The notes under the pieces: model-generated
What the model saw: the letters and a program-made list of their open reading frames with translations, nothing else
Database searches by the model: none
Told to the model about the DNA's origin: nothing
Assembly: GCA_036785375.1 (NCBI GenBank)
Contig: JAWMAR010000191.1
Location: 2,170,001 to 2,234,000, forward strand
Length of the DNA: 64,000 nucleotides
DNA from: Leucoraja ocellata
Lineage: Eukaryota
Direction: 5' to 3'
Translations under genes and position numbers: made by a program
Shown here: positions 1 through 12,349 of the stretch, one piece after another
How the letters are laid out: each line of letters opens with the position of its first letter
How positions within the stretch are numbered: position 1 is the first letter of the stretch

Positions 1-550
1 ATTAACCAACGGCAGCACTTCCTGGTTCGGGAGCTGCAAGGCATACGAACGGCACCAACTAGACAGGATTGCGAAGACCGCCAGCAGGATTATTGGTGCT
101 CCACTCCCTTTCCTGCTGGACATATACAGGAAGAGATGTATCAGCAGAGCCATCTCCATCATCAAAGACCCCTACCACCCATCGCATCACATATTCTCCA
201 TCCTGCCATCTGGGAAGAGGTACAGGAGCATTAGCTGCAAAACCAGCAGGATGCTCCTCAGCTTCTTCCCGCAGGCTATAAGACTGATAAGCGGACTTTG
301 CCCCCTGCCAAAGTATCGCGCACCAACCACCAACCTGGACACACTGCAGCAGAGCCACTGTCGTGCCGCTGCTGATCGGAACGCCTGTTGATGTTTAGTA
401 GAGAGTAGAGTGTTCATTTGTTCATGATATATGTATTTTTATTTCTATTTATTTTTTACTGCACACTGAATGGACACTGGTTGAGCAACGTTTTTTTGTT
501 TCCTCTGGGTATGTGAATACTCAGGAAATGACAATAAAGATATACAATAC
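1..550 (+). mobile_element. Rex1/Babar-type LINE 3' fragment
   Basis: Translates to LDRIAKTASRIIGAPLP...IIKDP.HP...LPSG.RYRSI...SFFP.AIRL, the typical C-terminus of this clade. It ends in aataaa plus a tacaa-repeat tail. Confidence 0.75.
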
Positions 551-1470
551 AAGTACAATCAAGCCAAAATCACGTATAATAGGTAGGGCAAAGGGGAAGA
601 TACAGAGTGTGGAATATGGTTCTCAGCATTGTAGTCCAACACCAGTCCAATGTCCGCAGTGGGATATCGGTCAATCGGGCAGTATCCTCTCTTATGCAAG
701 GATCGTTCAGAAGCCCGATAACAAAGGGGAAGTAGATATTCCTGTGCCTGGTGGTGCGTGCTTTCAAGATTCTGTATATTATGTCCAACGGGAGCAGGGG
801 TAAGAACGAATGACTGGGATGGGACAAATCTTATGGTGGCTGCTTTTCTGAGGCAGCTTGAAGTGTAAATGGAATCAATGGTGGCGAGTCTGGTTTATAT
901 GAAGCACTGGGCAACATCTGCAACTGTCTTGGGTAGAGCTGTTCCCAAACCAAGCTGTGACTCATCCCAATAGCTTTAATTCTAAGGTGTATCTGTTCAC
1001 GTTTGTAGGAGTCATTGGAGACATGCCAAATTTCCTTAGTCTCCTAAGTAAGTAGATGCATTGGTGAGCCTTCTTGGCAGTGGCTTCAATGCGGTTGGTC
1101 CACGACAGATCATTGATAATATTAACACCAAGAAACGTGCAGCTCTCAGCCATCTCCACACCAGCACCATCAATGCTGATTGGGGCATGTACTCCACCAC
1201 ACTTCCTAACGTCGATAACTATGTCCATTATCTTGCCGACATTGAGGGAAAGGTTGTTGTCCTGACACCATGTTACTAAGTTCTCTATTTCCTTCCTGTA
1301 TTCCATCTCGTCATTGTTCATGATCCAGCCCAACACAGTGGTGTCATCTGCAAAATCATAGATGGAGTCAGAGCCAAATATGGCCGCACAGTCATGAGTG
1401 TATAATGAGTATTATAGAGAACTGAGAGCACATTGTTGCAGGGCGCATCGTGTTGAGAATTATTGTGGAT
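550..1470 (-). mobile_element. Rex1/Babar-type LINE reverse-transcriptase fragment (degenerate)
   Basis: ORF 962-1336: EYRKEIENLVTWCQDNNLSLNV...FLGVNIINDLSW...LRRLRKFG. An FADDT motif lies near 1340-1357 on the - strand. Confidence 0.85.
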
Positions 1471-1640
1471 TTCAATGTGCTTGGAGGTACTTTATCGGTT
1501 AACTAAATGTTGTTCCTTGAGTGCAAATTAGAATTCATTTTCATAGCATGAAAAATGTTGGCACATCACGATCCAAAATGGAATCCAGTGTGAAAAATGG
1601 GTCAAACTGCTATTTTTAGTACCTGACCATGTTTAACTTT

Positions 1641-1736
1641 AGATAGACACAAAAAGCTGGAGTAACTCAGTGGGACAGGCAGCATCTCTGGAGACAAGGA
1701 ATGGGTGACGTTTCAGGCCGTGACCCTTCTTCAGAC
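1641..1736 (-). mobile_element. Penelope-related short repeat with degenerate hammerhead motif
   Basis: gacacaaaaagctggagtaactcag...gacgtttcaggccgtgacccttcttcagac, the same family as 11064-11190. Confidence 0.7.
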
Positions 1737-2019
1737 CTTCTTGGCTGTCTCAGTGCATGATGATTTTTAATCATCAAACTTTCAATTGCGCAGGAAACAT
1801 CTCAACCTTTACAACTTTTGGTTGATAAATGAATGGAAAATCACAGTTGGAATGTAAATGTCTTTAGTCTTCAACTTTTAGACATTTCCAGAGCATCAAT
1901 TGAAAATGCAATTTGTGTGGTTTAACATCACATGGGCAGCAACTGTAATTTGAATGTGTATTTAAAAACTGCATTATTTGTGATAAAATGTCCTGCATCA
2001 TGCTGTTGCAGTTATAGAT

Positions 2020-2440
2020 ATATAGATACATAGATACATAGACAGTAGTTGCAGGAGTAGGGCATTTGGCCCTTCGAGCCAGCACCGTCATTCAATTAGA
2101 TCATGGCTGATCATCCACAATCAGTATCCCGTTCCTGCCTTCTCCCCATATCCCTTGATTCCGCTAGCCCGAGCTATATCTAACTCTCTTTTGAATGCAT
2201 CCAGTGAATTGCCCTCCACTGCCTTCTGAGACAGAGAATTCCACAAATTCACAACTCGCTGTGTGAAAACGTTGTTCCACATTTCGGTTCTAAATGACCT
2301 ACCCCTTATTCTTAACCTGTGGCCCCTGGTTCTGGACTCCCCCAACATTGGAAGCATGTTTCCTGCATCTAGCGTGTCCAATCCCATAATCATGTTATAT
2401 GTTTCTATAAGATACCCTCTCATCCTGCTAAATTCCAGTT
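2020..2440 (-). mobile_element. CR1 (HER1-like) LINE 3' fragment
   Basis: ORF 2121-2423 MRGYLIETY...SRTRGH...FTQRVVNLWNSL...AFKRELD, followed by a 3'UTR and a short tandem tail. Confidence 0.88.
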
Positions 2441-2934
2441 AAATTACTGTTGATCAGCCACATGTGTGTATCACTGCTGGGACCTTTGCTGGATGAGCTC
2501 TTGACCTTAATAACATTTGTGCAAAGTGCTTACGGTTGGATACCTTCAATGTTCATAGTGCAGATGTTATCTATATTGAGAACACACGCAGGATTGTTAA
2601 TGATGAGCTGTACCACCTCAGACAAGTTGAACCAGTTGATTTTCCCAACCTTTATGAAATGAAGTCACCGCCTTCTTCACTCACAGCAGCAACTTTCCGC
2701 AGAGATATTCAGAGGGCACTAATCATCTCCCCATGCGACGACAGGAAATCTTTAGATACAGAAACACAGTGCTGTATCTGTCAGGAAGGACATGGGCAGA
2801 CTACAATTCACGCTGTCAGAGTACAAATTCCGGGAACGAAAACAAAAAAACGTTGACAATATTTTTCAATGATATTTTCATAACATAAAATGATTACCTG
2901 CAAATCCATCAAACCTCTCGCACAATAGCTAACT

Positions 2935-3200
2935 GGCACAGTGGTGCAGTGGTACAGTTGCTGCCTTACGGTGCCAGAGACCCGGATTCGAACCTGATTA
3001 CGGGTGCTGTCTGCATGGAGTTTGTACGTTCTCCCCATGACCACTGGGTGCTCCGGTTTCCTCCCACATCCCAAAGACACACAGCTTTGTAGGTTCATTG
3101 TCCCTGCTGTATAAGATAGAATTGATGTACGGGTAATCGCTGATTGGCACGTACTCGGTGGGAACAACGCCCTGTTTCCATGCTGTATTTCTAAACTAAA
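2935..3200 (+). mobile_element. tRNA-derived V-SINE (HE1-like)
   Basis: tRNA-like head ggcacagtggtgcagtggt...ttcgaacc, V-domain ggagtttgtacgttctcccc...gctccggtttcctcccacatcccaaagac, and a CR1-like tail ending taaactaaa. Confidence 0.8.
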
Positions 3201-3887
3201 ATAAATTCTCAGAAGAATATCTAATTGTCCATCTGCTGTTGTACATTTTGCACTAATACTTAAAGTTAAAATTCAGAGAGCTTGCTGTGAAATTGTAGGA
3301 GTTAAAAGCTGATGTAACAGAGGATGGAGAATAAACCAGGTGTTAAGATTTCAAAGCTAGAGCAGACAAAGAGTGAAGTTAATCCCAGGAGATGTTTCCT
3401 TTATCCCTAATGAAAATAAAAAGGATTTGTAGCTGAAACCATAGGTCCGATCTTCTACTTTCATCAACAAATTAGAACGCAGCAGCAGAAATTTCTGTAG
3501 AGTTTCTGCCATTCCCTGACATAAAGTCAATGGAAACACCAGTGATATTGAGTAAACACCCAATTCACTGAGGTCTCTGCCAATTTTATGCCAAAATTAC
3601 ATTTGGAGAATTTTAATGGATGCTGATGTTTTGTTACATTTCTACTGGAGTCAATTCTTGGCTCTCAATGCGAAAGTTGCAAAGGATGTTTCCTTTTCAA
3701 AAAAAGGAGTCGTTCTTATTTTAAAGCCAAAATGAGACCAACTTAAGAGCTTCCTATGCTTCTCATGTGTCACACTCCAACTGGGTAAAATAAAAATAAT
3801 CACTCTAAGTGCACATGTTTAGCAATATTTAGATATAGACATTGTAAGTCGTGATTATATGTTAAGTCAGGATGGGAGATGTTACAT

Positions 3888-4320
3888 AGAAACATAGAAA
3901 CATAGAAAATAGGTGCAGGAAGAGGCCATTCGGCCCTTCGAGCCAGCACCGCCATTCATTGTGATCACGGCTTATCATCCCCTATCGTTAACCCATGCCT
4001 GCCTTCTCCCCATATCCCTTGACTCCACTAGCCCCTAGAGCTCTATCTAACTCTTTTTTAAATCCATCCAGTGACTTGGCTTCCACTGCCCTCAGGGAAT
4101 TCCATAAATTCACAACTCTCTGGGTGAAATTTTTTTCCTCACCTCAGTCTTAAATGACCTCCTCTTTATTCTAAGACTGTGGTCCCTGGTTCTGGACTCA
4201 CCCAACATTGGGAACATTTTTCCTGCATCTAGCTTGTCCAGTCCTTTTATGATTTTATATGTTTCTATAAGATCCCCCTCATCCTTCTGAACTCCAGTGA
4301 TTACAAGCCTAGTCTTGTCA
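3888..4320 (-). mobile_element. CR1 LINE 3' fragment
   Basis: (tagaaaca)n tail and sequence similar to 2020-2440. A 21-bp tandem duplication sits at the 5' junction (4301-4342). Confidence 0.85.
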
Positions 4321-4569
4321 ATTACAAGCCTAGTCTTTTCAATATTAGCTAACAGATGTTAAGCTTCAATGTTAAGCTAACAGATCACATATTTTCAAGA
4401 TCTATTATTGCTACATAGTTACCAAGTATCTAATTAATTTAAGTTATAGTCATATGTTGACAGCAAAGTGTACTGGAGAACATATCAGATCCCACAGATA
4501 GATTATCTGTCAAGCATTGGGAGTGTCATAGCACATGAATTTGAATTACCTATACATGTGAAATATTAG

Positions 4570-4900
4570 AATTGAACAGTAGAGCACAGGAACAGGCCCT
4601 TTGGCCCACAATGTCTGCACTGAGCACCAAGCCCAACTTATATCTGCCTGCATATTGTTTATATCCCTTCATTCCTTGCATATCCACATGCTCATCAAAA
4701 AGCCGCTTAAATGCCACTATCGTGTCTGCTTCCATCACCACGCCTGGCAGCGTGTCCAGGCCCCCACCAATATTTGTGTAAAAAAAATGCGCCAACCATC
4801 TCTTTTTACCTCTGCCCCTCTCTCCTTAAAGCTGTGCCCTCTAGTGTTTGATATTTCCATCCCAGGAAAAAGATTCTCTTGGTCTCTCTATGTATTCTAT
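4570..4900 (-). mobile_element. CR1 LINE 3' fragment (older subfamily)
   Basis: ORF 4550-4795 ...LPGVVMEADTIVAFKRLFDEHVD... Confidence 0.7.
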
Positions 4901-5049
4901 CCGGTCTCCCCAAAACCTCTGGCAACATTAGGTGACTCTATTTTCCATGTTTGGTTGACCTTTTTACAGCCTGCAGTACCAACTGGATTTCATGATCCCT
5001 CTATGATTGACTATGAATTTGGTTTCAAACCACCTGAGGTTCTGGTGCA

Positions 5050-5147
5050 GATAGACACAAAGTGCTGGAGTAACTCAACGGGCCAAGCAGCATCTTTGGA
5101 GAAAATGGATAGGTGACATTTTGGGTCGGGACCCTTGTTCAGACTGA
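5050..5147 (-). mobile_element. Penelope-related short repeat
   Basis: gacacaaagtgctggagtaactcaac...gacattttgggtcgggacccttgttcagact. Confidence 0.65.
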
Positions 5148-6474
5148 TTGCAGGGGGTTTTGAGGTTTTGGTGAGTTTGGACTCACGACATCAGTGGGCT
5201 TCACCTCGCTTCTGTTCTTATCCTCACTTCACGCTCCATTTTGTTACCACGATCCCTCCTCTGCCTAAAGGTCACAGTGAAGTCACACGGGTCACAGACG
5301 AGGATTGGCATCTTAGACAGTTCATTCGTGCTCCGCAGTATAACATTTTGTACACCTGTTTAACTTTATCTACTTATCTGCACAGACACATAGATGCAAT
5401 ACATGTACAGTTTCCTGTGCAGAAATAGCTAACAGTAAATGTAATTACAACATTGTCAAGCATGCACACACATCAGTCACAATTCTTGCCACTGATTTGG
5501 ACGTACGAAAGGCAATAATCAAAAGACATGAAACTGGCTGACAACCAAATAATTTTGATACTTCCAATTTCCCCTCTTTCTACTAGGCATATTGAGCCTG
5601 AAATCAATTAGCGAACAAAAAATACAGAAATGTTAAACTTGTGAGCCTTTCATTGCACCTTGAAGGCTGCCAACATCATGCGACATAACTGCACTTGAGG
5701 AGACCTTCAAAAAGCTTCAATGTTATTCATTTTCTCATTTGATGTAGCAGATACTAACGTATTCTTTAGTTTAGTTATTGTATTTTTGTTGTTCACTGAA
5801 CAGCATTATTGTAGTTTTTGTTGTAGTTATTATTTTTTGACTGAGGTCATAAGGTCATAAGTAATAGGAGCGGAATTAGGCCATTCAGCCCATCTACTAA
5901 TTATGTTCTTATTATTGTGTGGGATTTTGGATAGCCAGTCTCGCCCCCACATTAATTTTGGTTCCTACTGGCAATTGTTGAATTGGGGACTTATTTTGAG
6001 TAGCACAGGAAGTTCCCAGGAGGACATGTGGAGACTTATGTTGAGTTTCCCTGTTGCTGCAACTACCTGTGATAAAAGAGAAGTAAAGAACCCCAACTGC
6101 AGACTGTGTATTACCCACGGCCCAGAGTGACTGGAATAAATCTACACCAAAAGATTAACAAGTTTATGTCCATCCCCAAAATTCCCAAAAAAGAAAGATG
6201 GATCCCACGATTCGCCCAGGTGATCTCCCAGTTTTCGATCTCCCATCGCTCTCTTTCCCTCTCAATACCCACACAGCAAAGGACTTCATGTTGCGTGAAT
6301 AACACTAAGCGGCCATGAATGAAGAACTCAGATGCGGTGAAAATTGGCTACCAGGTACTGGCACCAAGTCACAAGTACAAATAGACATTTGACTCTCAGG
6401 ATAAATGTGATTTCTCAGGAAACCTGTGGTCTCCGCACATTGTGCTGCAGGATTAATGAATGTGATGAACTAGT

Positions 6475-6785
6475 TGTGTCGGAAGGAACTGCAGATGCTG
6501 GTTTAAACCAAAGATAGACACAAAAAGCTGGAGTGACTCAGCGGGACAGGCAGCATCTCTGGAGAGAAGGAATGGGTGACGTTTTGGGTTGAGACTGGTT
6601 GGGGATAAGGGAAACGAGAGATATAGACGATGATGTGGAGAGATAAAGAACAATGAATAAAAGCTATGCAAAAAAGTAACAAAGATAAAGGGGAACAGGC
6701 CATTGTAAGCTATTTGTAGGGTGAAAATGAGAAGCTAGTGCGACTTGGGTGGGGGAGGAATACAGTGAGAGGGAATGCCAGGGCA
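6475..6785 (-). mobile_element. Penelope-like pseudo-LTR fragment (longer form)
   Basis: Begins aggaactgcagatgctgg and continues gggaaacgagagatatagacgatg...aacaggccattgt, shared with 43540-43800. Confidence 0.65.
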
Positions 6786-8039
6786 CAGTTATTGCAGACA
6801 CATGAAACTGGAAAGCGACCATGTGAAAATTTGTACTTTCATCATTAATTGGTTTCTAACAAGCCCTAAGCAAGTTAATAATATTATGAGCATCTGATCT
6901 GTACATTGAACCTATTCTATCTCCAGAGGGTACAGGTGCCATTAAGACTAATGTACCTACTGTGCATTAGTGGGCTTTGTATACGTTTTCACTGTTGCAC
7001 ACAGTAACTTCAACCTCACTGAAGAGTTCATTTATAATCCATTAAAGAGGTTCAAAACGTTGGTAATGGCTGGATTTATTGTGCACCCAATACAAACTCA
7101 AGCTATTATCACATGCCCTCAAGGAGCAAGAGTCATACCCCACTGGCTTTGGCACTTACAAATTAAATCGGACTCCCACACCACACAACCACCTTCGATG
7201 CACTTCACCCAGTTGCAAATGTGACAGTGTATTTGCATCTTTTATTGAACTGTATAATATGACCATGAGTCTTGTGCAAATTTATCTTTCCTCCCATTAA
7301 TTCAAGAAACATTTTCAAACAAGTTACCAATGACAAGCCTCATCTGTTTTATCTCTTCAATTACAATAAATGCTCACCCAGTTTATATTCTTATTACTAC
7401 TTTCCAGCAAACACAATTTGGAAAAAAAAAATGAGGAAATGATAAAAGGTTAGGGCCTGAATTTCCCAGGGTGACACAAGTCTCCAACTGCGACTTCAGT
7501 AAGAGCTCAGGGAGCCAGCCCATAGTGACACGAGAATAAATAATAATTCACAACTTTGCCCCAGGGTTTTCCAGTAATCTCCTGGGAAAGAAACACTGTG
7601 TAAATTCCAGTGCATGTGGAACAAATACTAAAACCACCCGCATTGAGTCACATTTAACATCATTCTTGCACGTCCAGTAATGCCTTGATTTGGATCCCAT
7701 GGCTGACTTGAATCACCTGCAGCCCGTATCTCAGAGATTTCCCTGCATCTCGTATAAACTTTGTATATGGCTGGATGTCAACTGTTGTTTAATAAATCTG
7801 GGCTAAAATGTGCTGGGATATTTCACTATATTAAATGTACTTTGTCAATGGAAGTTGCTGGAGTTTGTAAATCTGGTTATTTCTTGTAAAAAAAAGTATG
7901 TCATGAAATGGCTTTCATCTTTGCCTGGAACAATTTGTTTTATCAGTAATATAAAATAACATTTCCTGAAGTGTGATTGTGATGCAGTTACTGTATTTCC
8001 TGTGCAGCACAAAACATTGTTAGGACAAGAAAAAGAAGA

Positions 8040-8300
8040 GAAATAAAGTGTATGCTACGTTTAAGAGGATGGAATCCTATGGGGACTTTGAGGAATACAA
8101 AGAAAGGAGGAGAGAACTTAAGCGGGTGATTAGAAGGGCTAAAAGGCACCACGAAATGACTGTCAAAGTGGATTAATCAAAATCTTAAATATTTTTATAC
8201 CTATGCTAAAAACAAGAGGGTAACCAGGTAGAAGGTAGGGCCACTCAAGGAGAAAGAAGGGAATTTGTGCTTTCAGTCCATGGATGTGGGGAATGTGCCA
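8040..8300 (+). mobile_element. Degenerate CR1 ORF2 internal fragment
   Basis: Reads ...ELKRVIRRAKRHHE...KIFYTYAKNKR...VGPL, the tether region upstream of the CR1 RT. Confidence 0.55.
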
Positions 8301-8631
8301 AACGGGATTTTTGTAGCAGCTCTATCAGCTGTGCTTCTAAACAGCCATCTATTACCTTTTGGAAGATTGACCCAAACAAGGCTACCGAGTCCTCACAGCC
8401 GTACACTGGTTCTATCCTACACACTGGGGACAATTTATAAAGCCAATTAACCTACACACCTGCACGTCTTAATCCACAAAAATGAAAAGTTTATTCCCTT
8501 TAAAAGAACTGAATTATGACTTAATTCCATTACTCAAATCAGGTAATAAACCTTTTCTGTTCTCTGTTGGAATACCTGTCAGAGGAGGCAATTGAGACAG
8601 GGACTATTGCAACAGGACAGGTTTAGAGGGA

Positions 8632-9955
8632 TAGAAACATAGAAAAATAGGTGCAAAAGTAGGCCTTTCGGCCCTTCGAGCCATTCAATATGATCATGGT
8701 TGATCATCTAAAATCAGTACCCTGTTCCTGCTTTTCCCCCAAATCCATTGATTCCTTTAGCCCTAAGAGCCAAATCTAACCCTCTCTTGAAATCATCCAG
8801 TGAATTGGCCTCCACTGCCATCTGTGGCGGAGAATTCCACAGATTCACAACTCTCTGGGTGAAAACTTTTTCTCATCTCAGTCCTAAATGACCTACCCCT
8901 TATTCTTAAACTGTGACCTCTGGTTCTGGACTCCCCCAACATCGGGAACATTTTTCCTGCATCTAGCTTGTCCAATCCTTTAAGAATTTTCTATGATTTT
9001 ATAAGATACCCTCGCATCCTTCTAAATTCCAGTGAATACAGGCCCAGTCGACCCATTCTTTCATCATATGTCTGTCTCACCATCCCGGGAATTAACCTGG
9101 TGAACCTACGCTGCACTCCCTCCATATCAATAATGTCCTTTCTTAAATTAGGAGACCAAAACTGCACACAATACTCCAGGTGTTGTCTCACCAGGGCCCT
9201 GTACAACTGCAGTAGAGCCTCTTTGCTCCTAAACTCAAATCCTCTTGTGATCCAACACGCCATTAGCTTTCTTCACTGCCTGCTGTACCTGCATGCCTAC
9301 TTTCAGTGACTGATGTACAAGCACACCCAGGCCTCATTGCACTTCCTCTTTTCCTAATCTGACACCATTCAGATAATAATCTGCCTTCCTGTTCTTACCA
9401 CCAGTGGATAAACTCACATTTATCCACATTATACTGCATCTGCGCACTCACCCAATCTATCCAAGTCACCCTGCAGCCTCATAGCATGCTCCTCCCAGCT
9501 CACACTGCCACCCAGCTTTGTGTCATCAGCAAACTTGAAGATTTCACATTTAATTCCCTCGTGTAAATTGTTAATATACATTGTAAATAACTGGGGTCCC
9601 AGCACTGAGCCTTGTGGCACCCCACAAGTCACTGCCTGCCATTCTGAAAAGGACCGGTTAATTCCTACTCTTTGCTTCCTGTCTGCCAACCAGTTTTCTA
9701 TCCATGCTGACTTTGACCGATCCTGTCATTGCTTTCCAAATGTGCTGCTATAATATCTTTAATAATCGACTGCAGCAGCTTCCCCACCACCGATGTAAGG
9801 CTGACTGGTCTATAATTCACCCTTTTCTCTCTGCATCCTTTTTTTAAGAGTGGATTTACATTGGCTACCCTCCAGTCCACAGGAACTGATCCAATGGTGA
9901 GAGAACATTGGACAATGATCACCAATGCACCCACGATTCCTAGAGCCTTCTCCTC
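8632..9955 (-). mobile_element. CR1 LINE ORF2 (RT) fragment with internal deletions
   Basis: ORF pieces NYRPVSLTSVVGKLL, GVPQGSVLGPQLF...KFADDTKLGG, LEYCVQFWSP and SRTRGHSL, followed by a 3'UTR and tail. Confidence 0.93.
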
Positions 9956-10141
9956 GAGTGCCATGGTATGGGTCAAACGCACGCAGTTGGGGCCAGTGTA
10001 GATGGGACATGTTGGTCAGCGTGGGCATTGGGCCAAAGGACCTGTTTCCACATTGTATGACTATGACCAATTGAAGAGTCCACCAATGCAGAACATGCAA
10101 TCCAGCTGTGGCACCTCTCCCAACAGCAGAAAGCCAGGGGC

Positions 10142-10281
10142 TTCTTCTTCTTGCGTATGGCGTGCACAGCCTAAAGTTGTAGGACAACTTGTTCTGTTTG
10201 ATCTTATTTGATTGTGCACACCGGGATGATTGCATTCGTTGAAACAGGGCGGACCACGTAAAGGTTGCAATCTCCCACCCC
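10142..10281 (-). mobile_element. 140-bp retroposon with (GAA)n tail and 12-bp TSD
   Basis: Direct repeat aaagccaggggc at 10130-10141 and 10282-10293. The - strand 3' end reads ...ccatacgcaagaagaagaa. Confidence 0.75.
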
Positions 10282-11063
10282 AAAGCCAGGGGCCACGCTG
10301 CCTTCCAATTCATACAATTGGATTATAGGATTGATGGGTATTGTTGCAATCACCTCACCATCAGCCTAAACATTAAAGGATCACCACAAACTATCAGTTC
10401 TCCACTATGAAATGCTCCTCTCATAACAATGCCTACTTGGGGTGTCTTTCTGAAGATTGTTTTTTTGTTGCATTCCAGCTTTTTACTGCAACTTTATATA
10501 TTGAACTTGCATATTTAAAAAAAGATTTTTCCCAAAATATTACCTGCAATATCCATGTAAGACACTTTCACATGAAGAGTATAGAATATTACACACTGAG
10601 ACCCAATGGGAAAGAAGATTGTGAAAAAAAAAAGATTGTTGTATAGTCTTATTGTGTTATTTCTGTTTACATCTACTTATTACATTTGAAAATGTAATTG
10701 TACAGCTTGTACTCAATGGATTAAGCATCCATGATTTGAAGGTAAACAGTAGAGAGCTGTTCTTTGAATACAGCAGCTATATCCCTGTAACGTTTAAAAA
10801 ATGAAAGTGCAATTCAAGTCACGAGTTTATTGTCTGACGAACATATACAGCAATGTACAGGAACAATGAAAATCTTGTTTGCAGCAGCATCACAGGTGCA
10901 TGGACTCAGACAAATACACAAAAAACAGATTGTACATAAATCAGACTTAAGCAACGCATAATTTTTCTTAAAGAAAGGAGAGTGTGCAAAAAAACAAGAC
11001 ATCAGTGCAAAATGCAATTAGAAAAAAAGCTCATGGCCGGCCAATAGGTAGACTGTAGTGTTC

Positions 11064-11190
11064 AAGAAGGAACTGCAGATGCTGGAAAATCGAAGGTACA
11101 CCAAAATGCTGGAGAAGCTCAGCGGGTGCAGCAGCATCTATGGAGCGAAGGAAATAGGTGACGTTTCGGGCCGAAACCCTTCTTCAGACT
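11064..11190 (-). mobile_element. 127-bp Penelope-related hammerhead-bearing element with 17-bp TSD
   Basis: Exact direct repeat ggtagactgtagtgttc at 11047-11063 and 11191-11207. Confidence 0.85.
11160..11187 (-). ncRNA. Minimal type I hammerhead ribozyme motif
   Basis: - strand reads CUGAAGA-A-GGGU-UUCG-GCCC-GAAAC-GUC: both conserved boxes, stem II with a UUCG loop, palindromic ACGU stem III and a GUC cleavage triplet. Confidence 0.65.
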
Positions 11191-11960
11191 GGTAGACTGT
11201 AGTGTTCTGTTGTTTTTAAGTAGCATTAAGGTTGTGCAATTTGCTTCAGGGAACTGAGAGTTGTAGGAAAGTAGCTGTCCCTGAACCTGATGGTGTGGGA
11301 CTCCTATGCCTCCTGCCCAATGTTAGCAGTGAGAAGAGGCCCGGATGGTAGGGACCAGTGATGATAGATGCCACATTCTTGATGCAGCCCCTCACTTAGA
11401 TGCCTTTGATGGAGGGGAGGGCTGGGCTGAGTCCACCATTCTCTGTAGCCTTTTGCATCCTTGTGCCATAACGGACCATGATGCAACCAGTCAGGATTCT
11501 TTCTACAGTACATCTGTCGAGGTTTGTCAGAGCATTGAGTGGTGTCAGGGTCAAAGTATTGAACAATGGACTCAGCTTGGTCCATCATGGGCACAACCCT
11601 CCCCTCCATTGAAAGCATCAAGATGAGGAGCTGCATCGAGAAGACGAACACAGAAGCCTGAAGTCCTCCACCACCAGTTCAGGAACAGCTTCATGCTGGA
11701 TCTCTTTGAACGTCCAAGAAAGTCGAGGCGCTGATGCTCTATCCTTGTGATTTGACCCAGGAAAGGTCATCTAAGATATTAACGCCCAGGAAGTTGAAAC
11801 TGATCACTCTCTCCACCATCGACCCAACAATGAAAACTGGCATGTGGTCTTCTGACTTTCCCTTTCGTTCAGAACTCTGTAGTTGCAGGAAATCTGAAAT
11901 AGAAAAATGCAGGAAGTATTCAGCAAGTCAGGCAGCATGTGTGGATAGAGTAACAGTGTT

Positions 11961-12276
11961 TTTTTGTTTTTTTTTATATTTTATTTTATTAGAAGTAAGC
12001 ACAGTCATATGGCACCAAAGTGCCTAATATATATTTTCATAATACATTTTATGTGCAACTTCTTTTTTTTTTTGTTATATTGAAAAAAGATGAGCATAAG
12101 AAAAAGAGGTTAGATAGTAAAGGATAGAAAGATGTGAAATATATAGTGTGTGAAGAAAGAAAACGAGTAAATGAAGAAAGTTGAGAGAGAAAATAGTGAA
12201 AAAAAAAGGAGATCATTATTTATAATCTTGACCAACCCTCGTCCAGTCCTGAAACAGTTATTTTTTACAATTGTGT
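11961..12276 (-). mobile_element. L1-type LINE 3'UTR with poly(A) and TSD
   Basis: T-rich tail with tttatt (AATAAA on -). TSD tagagtaacag(t/a)gtt at 11946-11960 and 12277-12291. Near-identical to the reverse complement of 20333-20512. Confidence 0.75.
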
Positions 12277-12349
12277 TAGAGTAACAGAGTTAATACCACA
12301 TTTTTCATCTTTACCCTTAATCATTATGTGGATCCACTGAAGTGGGGAT

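Larger units (their letters stand above)
10815..11860 (-). mobile_element. Rearranged Rex1/Babar-type LINE 3' fragments
   Basis: tttattgtc tail, ttcaggaacagctt and aggaagttgaaactgatcac (FLG motif) segments similar to the other Rex copies. Interrupted by the element at 11064-11190. Confidence 0.6.

Noticed and set aside
2935-3010. tRNA-like sequences at V-SINE heads (also about 36145, 38700, 49940, 50940)
   Set aside because: They are SINE heads fused to V-domains, with no complete cloverleaf, so not tRNA genes.
8632-9982. Active reverse transcriptase gene
   Set aside because: Broken by stops, frameshifts and deletions; all LINE copies in the window are truncated.
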